From a virus: a DNA stretch of 64,000 nt. Under the pieces are notes generated by a model. That model ran no database searches. It saw only the letters and a program-made list of their open reading frames with translations, and was not told where the DNA came from. Shown here piece by piece: positions 58,203 to 64,000 of the stretch. How positions within the stretch are numbered: position 1 is the first letter of the stretch; each line of letters starts with the position of its first letter. The translations under genes were made by a program, and so were the position numbers. Location of the stretch: IMG/VR virus record IMGVR_UViG_3300029319_000025, positions 5,110-69,109 of that record; one strand, given 5' to 3'.

Positions 58203-59927
58203 ATGGCAATTAAATTTCTACACGACCTGGACCTCACGGGACAGGAATTACAAAATGTAAAACTGCATGTTACGAGCTCAGCTCCTACTGCAGCAGCTGG
58301 TGCGATATACTTTGATAGCGGAGCTAATGTAGTAAAAGTACACGATGGCACAAGCTTTAAAACGTTATCAACTGATACCGACGACGCATTAAATCAATAC
58401 TCAACTTCTGTTGTTTCTTCATCAGGTGTAAAATTAAGATTATCAGGATCAGGAACCTCTGGAAACACAACTGACGATGTTGAGTTTGCAGGATCTGGTA
58501 CAGTTTCTGTAGCTAGAACCAACGATAGTAAAATAACTATAACCGGTTCTGCACCAAGCGCAGGTAGTGCTTCATCACTTGGTACAATAAAACTATTTAG
58601 TGATACAACACAAACAGTAGCGGCTGAATCGGTATCAGCTACAAACGGTAGAACATACGGTTTACAAGTTGATAGCAATGGTAGAGGTGTTGTAAACATA
58701 CCTTGGACTGATACAGACACTAATACGCAAAGAGCTGCTGGTACTGGTTTATCACTAAGTGGTAATACTTTAAACGCAAATGTGGACGGCACAAATAGTG
58801 TTGCTGCAAATAGTTCGTCAAGTACCGCTAATAGAACATATAAAATACAAGTTGATAGTAGTGACAACCTTGTAGTTAACGTACCTTGGGCTAACACAGA
58901 CACAAACACAGATACGTTACAAACTATATCTGATTCAAATAGTTCGTCTGAACAATTTGTAACTTTTGTTGCTAACGCTACTGGTGCTCAACAAGGTTTA
59001 TCAGATCCAGGTATTAAATATATACCTAGCTCTGGTACATTAAAAGTAACAAACCTTATTGTTTCAGGTGATACTACAACAGCTAACGAAACTGTAAAAG
59101 TTATAGAAAACAACACATTACAGTTTGAAGGAGCTTCTGGCTCAGGCGCTGATGATGAGTTAAACTTAACAACTGCTGCATTAAGTGGTGATAGAACTGT
59201 AACTTTAGCAGATTTATCTGGTCACGTTGCTTTATTAGCTGCAGCTCCAGGTGGAACAATAACAGCTACTCCAGCTGAACTTAACGTTTTAGATGGCTTT
59301 GCTGGTGCAACCGCAGATTTAACATATGCTAAAGATTTAAGAGCAACTGGTGTTACAACTACTGAGTTTGATAAACTTGACGGTTTAACAGCTTCAACAT
59401 CTGAACTTAATATTTTAGACGGAGTAACAGCTACAACATCAGAAATAAATATTTTAGATGGTGTTACAGCTTCAACAACAGAAATAAACTTACTAGACGG
59501 TATTACAACTCTTAGTGGTAGTAACACTGGTGATGAACCAGATGCTGATACAGGTACAAAAGGTATTGTTGAATTAGCGACTAGTGCTGAAACTCAAACA
59601 GGTACTGATACAGGTAGAGCTGTAACACCAGATGGTTTAGCTTCTAGGTCTGTTCATGCTACTATAGATGTTTCTAACAGTACATTTGCAAGTGGTAACC
59701 AAGTAGCTGCAATACAGCATAATTTAGGTACTGAAGATGTTATAGTTCAATTATTTGACTCAAGCACAAAAGAAACTGTTTATGCTGTTGTTGAAAGAAA
59801 AACATTTGCTGGTAATGCAAGTACATCAACAATAAGAATTACGTTTAGCTCTGTTCCAGATAACGATGTTGAGGTTATGATTACTTCAATAAAAGGATCT
59901 ACAGCTAAAACACCTAGCTACTCATAG
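58203..59927 (+). CDS. Tail fibre protein
   Basis: Tandem TA.T.ELN.LDG repeats, GIVELAT.AE motif, HNLGT.DV C-terminus. Confidence 0.8.
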   Translation: MAIKFLHDLDLTGQELQNVKLHVTSSAPTAAAGAIYFDSGANVVKVHDGTSFKTLSTDTDDALNQYSTSVVSSSGVKLRLSGSGTSGNTTDDVEFAGSGTVSVARTNDSKITITGSAPSAGSASSLGTIKLFSDTTQTVAAESVSATNGRTYGLQVDSNGRGVVNIPWTDTDTNTQRAAGTGLSLSGNTLNANVDGTNSVAANSSSSTANRTYKIQVDSSDNLVVNVPWANTDTNTDTLQTISDSNSSSEQFVTFVANATGAQQGLSDPGIKYIPSSGTLKVTNLIVSGDTTTANETVKVIENNTLQFEGASGSGADDELNLTTAALSGDRTVTLADLSGHVALLAAAPGGTITATPAELNVLDGFAGATADLTYAKDLRATGVTTTEFDKLDGLTASTSELNILDGVTATTSEINILDGVTASTTEINLLDGITTLSGSNTGDEPDADTGTKGIVELATSAETQTGTDTGRAVTPDGLASRSVHATIDVSNSTFASGNQVAAIQHNLGTEDVIVQLFDSSTKETVYAVVERKTFAGNASTSTIRITFSSVPDNDVEVMITSIKGSTAKTPSYS

Positions 59928-59940
59928 TAAATAAAATTAA

Positions 59941-60135
59941 ATGATAATTAAAGTAGAATATGATAAATCAGATGCTACTTTAACGCTCACAAAAGATGAT
60001 GATATAGTTGCTGTTATCAATGATACAAGTATTGTTGATAATAGTGACTCACTATCATTTGAAATAGCGTTAGATGTATCTCAATATCAAGAACAATATA
60101 ACGAAGTAATAGTAGATGGCAACAATAACGAGTAA
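59941..60135 (+). CDS. Small hypothetical protein
   Basis: ORF track. Confidence 0.55.
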   Translation: MIIKVEYDKSDATLTLTKDDDIVAVINDTSIVDNSDSLSFEIALDVSQYQEQYNEVIVDGNNNE

Positions 60136-62914
60136 TTCATCGGGTAACTGGGCTACAGGCTCTACATGGGTAGGAGGATCAGTTCCTGCCGCTGATGATT
60201 TAGTAGTTATTGCACATGGCCACAAAGTTACTTTAAATACAAATATACAATCAACAAGAACTGGGGATGTTACTATAGACGGTAATTTACATTTTGCTAA
60301 TGGTGGTAAAATGCATTTACATGGTCGTATGACCGTAAATAATACTAGCAACTCGAACAATACTGCTGGAGAGTTTGTTGAGGGTACTAGCACATCTGGT
60401 TCTTTACTCAGTATGGTTGGTGGTACTGAAATAAAAATATCAGGCGATCAAGCCGCACAACATGGTATACAAATAAATAGCAGGAGATGGTGTGGTGTTC
60501 AGATAGATGGCAGCGAACCAACTTTAATAACAACTGTTAATGGTAATCAAGCACCAGACTCTACATATATATCAGTAGCAGACGCTTCAAATTTTGCGGC
60601 TAACGATAGAATATCACTTTACAAAAGAGAAGAAGATTTTTCACTTGTAAATGACGAGTGCTTTTTTGTTCATGACGTAGACACCACGAATGATAGAATT
60701 TATGTTAGAAGATATGTTGGTCCTGAAGCAACAATACAGTCTGTTAGTGGTTCTACAATAACAATATCTGAGGATGCAGAAATATTTAGAGTTGGTTATT
60801 ATTTAATATTTGGTACTGGTAGTAATAGAAACGTACTACGTGTCACAGATATAAGCAAAAATACCATAACCTTTGGTAGCTCTGTAGACAACGATCCCTC
60901 CTTAATTGGTGCAAAAGTATATCAAACCGGCACCGAAAAATATCACATAAATGGAAAATTCTGCAGAAGAATTGCAAGCGCTATAGCAACAGAATACGTA
61001 GGTGCTACTAATCTTAGGACTATTACACTTAATGATGTAACTGATTTTTCAACTGGCGACACAGTTTATATACACGCTAGTTTTGATAAACTTGGTGGCA
61101 ATCTTGTTAATGATTATTATTACAGCGCTAGCGGTTTTGGAAGCACTTCACTGGCCGCTAATGAGGGGCAATGGAGACTTAAAGCTGTGTACACAATAAC
61201 AAGTGTTGATTCTAGTGCTAAAACAATAACTGTTGATAGAGATATACTTTTTAACGGCGCGGTAGGTAATCCTGTTGTAAAAATGAAAAGAGATGTTGTT
61301 ATTAAAGCTTGTGATAGTAGTGGTAATGATATAGCTGATGGTGATAGAGATACGGCAAGAGTATTTTTTAACGTTAAATATTGGACAAGCAACAGTTGGA
61401 ATAACGCACCAACAAGAAGAGTTAAAATAAAATATGTAGAGTTTATAGGCTTAGGTAATAACACTAATGATAATACAAACTTTAGATCAGGTGTAAATAT
61501 AGCTGGTTATAATGGTTATTTCAGAAAATCTACAACAGGTAGTGCCGCAGACAATACAACAATACATAATAGTAACGGTATTACACAAACAGGTGAAAAC
61601 TATATAGATGGATGTAGTTTTACGGCATATAACCATGCTAGCAATGATGCTAGAGATGGTGAAAGTTATATTGGTATAACTGTAAGACACCCTTATGGCA
61701 TGATTAATAGAAATCATATAGTAGTTGGTGCAGGTAGAGGTATTTGGCATTGGAGTTCACAATACTTTATAAAATCACATGGCCATATAACAGCACATTG
61801 TAATTATTCTAACATGTCTTTTGAAGCCGCATATGAATATGCTAATGAAATTTCTTACATGCAAGCTTATAGCTCTGAAGACTATGGTTATTTATTTCAT
61901 AATCTTGGCAGACAAAACGACCAAACATTGGTTGCTTATTTAAGAAGTGAAAATCAACGTGGGTATGCTTTTTATTTTGGAGGAAGCACCGTAAGTCCTC
62001 ATTATAAAAGATTTTTTGCCGATAAATTTAGTCAAGCAACGTATATAGCTGATAGTCATAGTAATTTCCATGTATATGATTCTAAAATATATCCTAATTC
62101 TTGGGATGCAAGTTCTAGTATATATGGTACTGGTGTAGGTAGAAAATACGCTAATGTTGTTTTAAATCACGCAAGTGGTCATCAAGCTTTATATAGAGGC
62201 GGTACTGGTTGGAAAGCTGTTTGTTGTTTTAGTGAACAAGGATTTAAAGAAAGTGAAAAAGTATTTATATATTACAATATAACAAGATTTAAAAATTTAA
62301 AAGGCTACGCTCGTGATCTATACGCTACTTCATGGAGTGGTAATCCTAACTCTTTTGGTATAATTCAAGTACCAGCAAACTGTACTGTTAAAATAAAATC
62401 TGTAATTAAAATAAATGAAACAGAGTGGGACGGAACAAGTAGAGGGCTTGACTCATCTTCTCCACCTCATCTAATAGCAGCATATGCTTTTAACGCAAAA
62501 TATGGCGCTAATGAATATGATGTAAATTCTAATAATCATCTTTTTTATCAAGATAATCTAGATTTAAATGATTCAAACGAAACAGCAGATTTAAAAAATA
62601 GTACGCAAGCTCAAGGAAAACTATATAATGGCTTTATAGAATACGTGCAACACACTACAGATGCAGTTGGAGCTTTTGAAACAAAAATATTAACAGTACA
62701 GCCTCAATACACAAGTTACTATTTAAGATTTGGTTATCATTTTAACGACCATGATTTAGTTCATGAAGGCTTTGAAGCAGAAGATATACACGTAGCTATG
62801 TCAAAAGCACCGGCTAATGGATTACAAATGTGGCCAATGAATTTTGCAAAAGTAACAGTAAGACCATCAGCAGATTTTAATGCTGGTAAAAAAAGAATAT
62901 CAGGAAGAATTTAA
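60116..62914 (+). CDS. Tailspike-like protein with G8-like N-terminus and beta-helix
   Basis: SGNW....TW.GG.VP...D.V.I..GH.VT; repeated ITSVD...ITVD units. Confidence 0.65.
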   Translation: MATITSNSSGNWATGSTWVGGSVPAADDLVVIAHGHKVTLNTNIQSTRTGDVTIDGNLHFANGGKMHLHGRMTVNNTSNSNNTAGEFVEGTSTSGSLLSMVGGTEIKISGDQAAQHGIQINSRRWCGVQIDGSEPTLITTVNGNQAPDSTYISVADASNFAANDRISLYKREEDFSLVNDECFFVHDVDTTNDRIYVRRYVGPEATIQSVSGSTITISEDAEIFRVGYYLIFGTGSNRNVLRVTDISKNTITFGSSVDNDPSLIGAKVYQTGTEKYHINGKFCRRIASAIATEYVGATNLRTITLNDVTDFSTGDTVYIHASFDKLGGNLVNDYYYSASGFGSTSLAANEGQWRLKAVYTITSVDSSAKTITVDRDILFNGAVGNPVVKMKRDVVIKACDSSGNDIADGDRDTARVFFNVKYWTSNSWNNAPTRRVKIKYVEFIGLGNNTNDNTNFRSGVNIAGYNGYFRKSTTGSAADNTTIHNSNGITQTGENYIDGCSFTAYNHASNDARDGESYIGITVRHPYGMINRNHIVVGAGRGIWHWSSQYFIKSHGHITAHCNYSNMSFEAAYEYANEISYMQAYSSEDYGYLFHNLGRQNDQTLVAYLRSENQRGYAFYFGGSTVSPHYKRFFADKFSQATYIADSHSNFHVYDSKIYPNSWDASSSIYGTGVGRKYANVVLNHASGHQALYRGGTGWKAVCCFSEQGFKESEKVFIYYNITRFKNLKGYARDLYATSWSGNPNSFGIIQVPANCTVKIKSVIKINETEWDGTSRGLDSSSPPHLIAAYAFNAKYGANEYDVNSNNHLFYQDNLDLNDSNETADLKNSTQAQGKLYNGFIEYVQHTTDAVGAFETKILTVQPQYTSYYLRFGYHFNDHDLVHEGFEAEDIHVAMSKAPANGLQMWPMNFAKVTVRPSADFNAGKKRISGRI

Positions 62915-62924
62915 AATATAAAAT

Positions 62925-64000
62925 ATGGCAATACCGTTTTTAAGTGATATAATATTAAAAAAAGGAAATAAAATACAGTTTACAACTGACGCTGGAGCTA
63001 ACGCCGGTGCTATAGATATTGATAGTAGTGGTGATTTAGTTTTAAGTAATGCTGTTGGTGATATTATTATTGGTAACGGCAGTGACGATGTTTTTATTGG
63101 TGATGGAACAAATACTGTTGATATTAGATTTGAACAGAATATGGCTATATTTGCTGATTCTAGTTCAACAAGAACTTTAACATTAGGTGGTGCAAATACA
63201 AGTTTAGTGTTAGAAAGCCCAACTATTAGTGGTTCTTTAACACTAGGCGCTACAACAATAAATAATAAACTTACGTTTACATCAGCAAACGGTTATATAG
63301 TGTTTGACTATGAACCATCAACAGGTTCTAATGCTGAATACACAAATGAAGTTCCTTTATTAAAAGTTGATAAAGAAGGATCAGAAAGAACAATACTTTC
63401 TAGGTTATCAAACAATGGAGCTTTAGCTTTAGGTATTGACGATACAGTTGCAATTGTAGCTGGAGATACAAAATCTGTTATTGAAGATAATCATAATTAT
63501 GTAAATGAAAATATAGTGTTTGCCTCTGAAGGTGGCTTTACTGCTTATGGTTTTCCTGAAAACAATAATAGTTGGTCAAATAGAAACGTGTTTCAATTTT
63601 CTTCAACATCAGCAACTGCGTCAAACAATGGTTTATATTTAGGTGATGGTGGCGCTACTCAATTTATAGATATAAATAGAAACTTAGTAAATATTGGGAC
63701 AATAAATTCTAGTGGTAATGCAGACATAGGTGGTCAAGGAATATTTGGCGCAAAAGTTACAATAAACACAGGTTCGGATGATATTTTAACACTTAACCAA
63801 ACAAGTACAGATAATAAGTGGAATTATATAAACTTTAAAAATCAAGGTACTAGAGAGTGGTTTATAGGACAAGACAGTGATGGAAACTTTGATTTATATA
63901 ATGATAATATTGATGCTTATGCAATTACAGTAAGTCTTAGTGATAATAGTATTGTATTAAATGACAATGTTAATGTTCAGGGTAATTTAGTATTAAATAG
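62925..64000 (+). CDS. Tail fibre-like protein (3'-truncated by window)
   Basis: MAIPFLSDI start resembles MAIKFLHDL of 58203; appears open to the window end. Confidence 0.7.
   Translation, partial: MAIPFLSDIILKKGNKIQFTTDAGANAGAIDIDSSGDLVLSNAVGDIIIGNGSDDVFIGDGTNTVDIRFEQNMAIFADSSSTRTLTLGGANTSLVLESPTISGSLTLGATTINNKLTFTSANGYIVFDYEPSTGSNAEYTNEVPLLKVDKEGSERTILSRLSNNGALALGIDDTVAIVAGDTKSVIEDNHNYVNENIVFASEGGFTAYGFPENNNSWSNRNVFQFSSTSATASNNGLYLGDGGATQFIDINRNLVNIGTINSSGNADIGGQGIFGAKVTINTGSDDILTLNQTSTDNKWNYINFKNQGTREWFIGQDSDGNFDLYNDNIDAYAITVSLSDNSIVLNDNVNVQGNLVLN

Overview
AT-rich window covering most of a lytic tailed phage genome. It is probably a podovirus of aquatic Bacteroidota (Flavobacteriia) with a crAss/phi38:1-like virion gene order; host and family are inferred from gene content, not from a search. 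On the + strand, 1-36239 and 54225-64000 form one late/virion arm that apparently wraps around the window ends. It carries terminase, portal, scaffold, major capsid, tail/ring and ejected proteins, lysis genes, GroEL/GroES and several tail fibres. On the - strand, 36286-53890 is the early and replication arm: RNR, a thymidylate-synthase-fold enzyme, MazG-like proteins, Twinkle-like primase-helicase, SSB, Erf/exonuclease, a sigma factor, ligase and many small ORFs, with no DNA polymerase. The most unusual signal is non-coding, in the early region. It includes a 105-nt tmRNA-like RNA with a G3:U70 acceptor and no mRNA-like domain, two adjacent GC-rich structured RNAs, an initiator-type tRNA-Met, and a 41-nt anticodon-less tRNA minihelix directly preceded by a clean H-type pseudoknot. 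These elements are interleaved with seven copies of a phage-specific promoter-like motif. Also notable are a TS-fold enzyme with the dCMP-specifying Asp and a TGACA-N3-GCCTATTA site shared between the divergent (origin-like) region and the start of an HTH gene.
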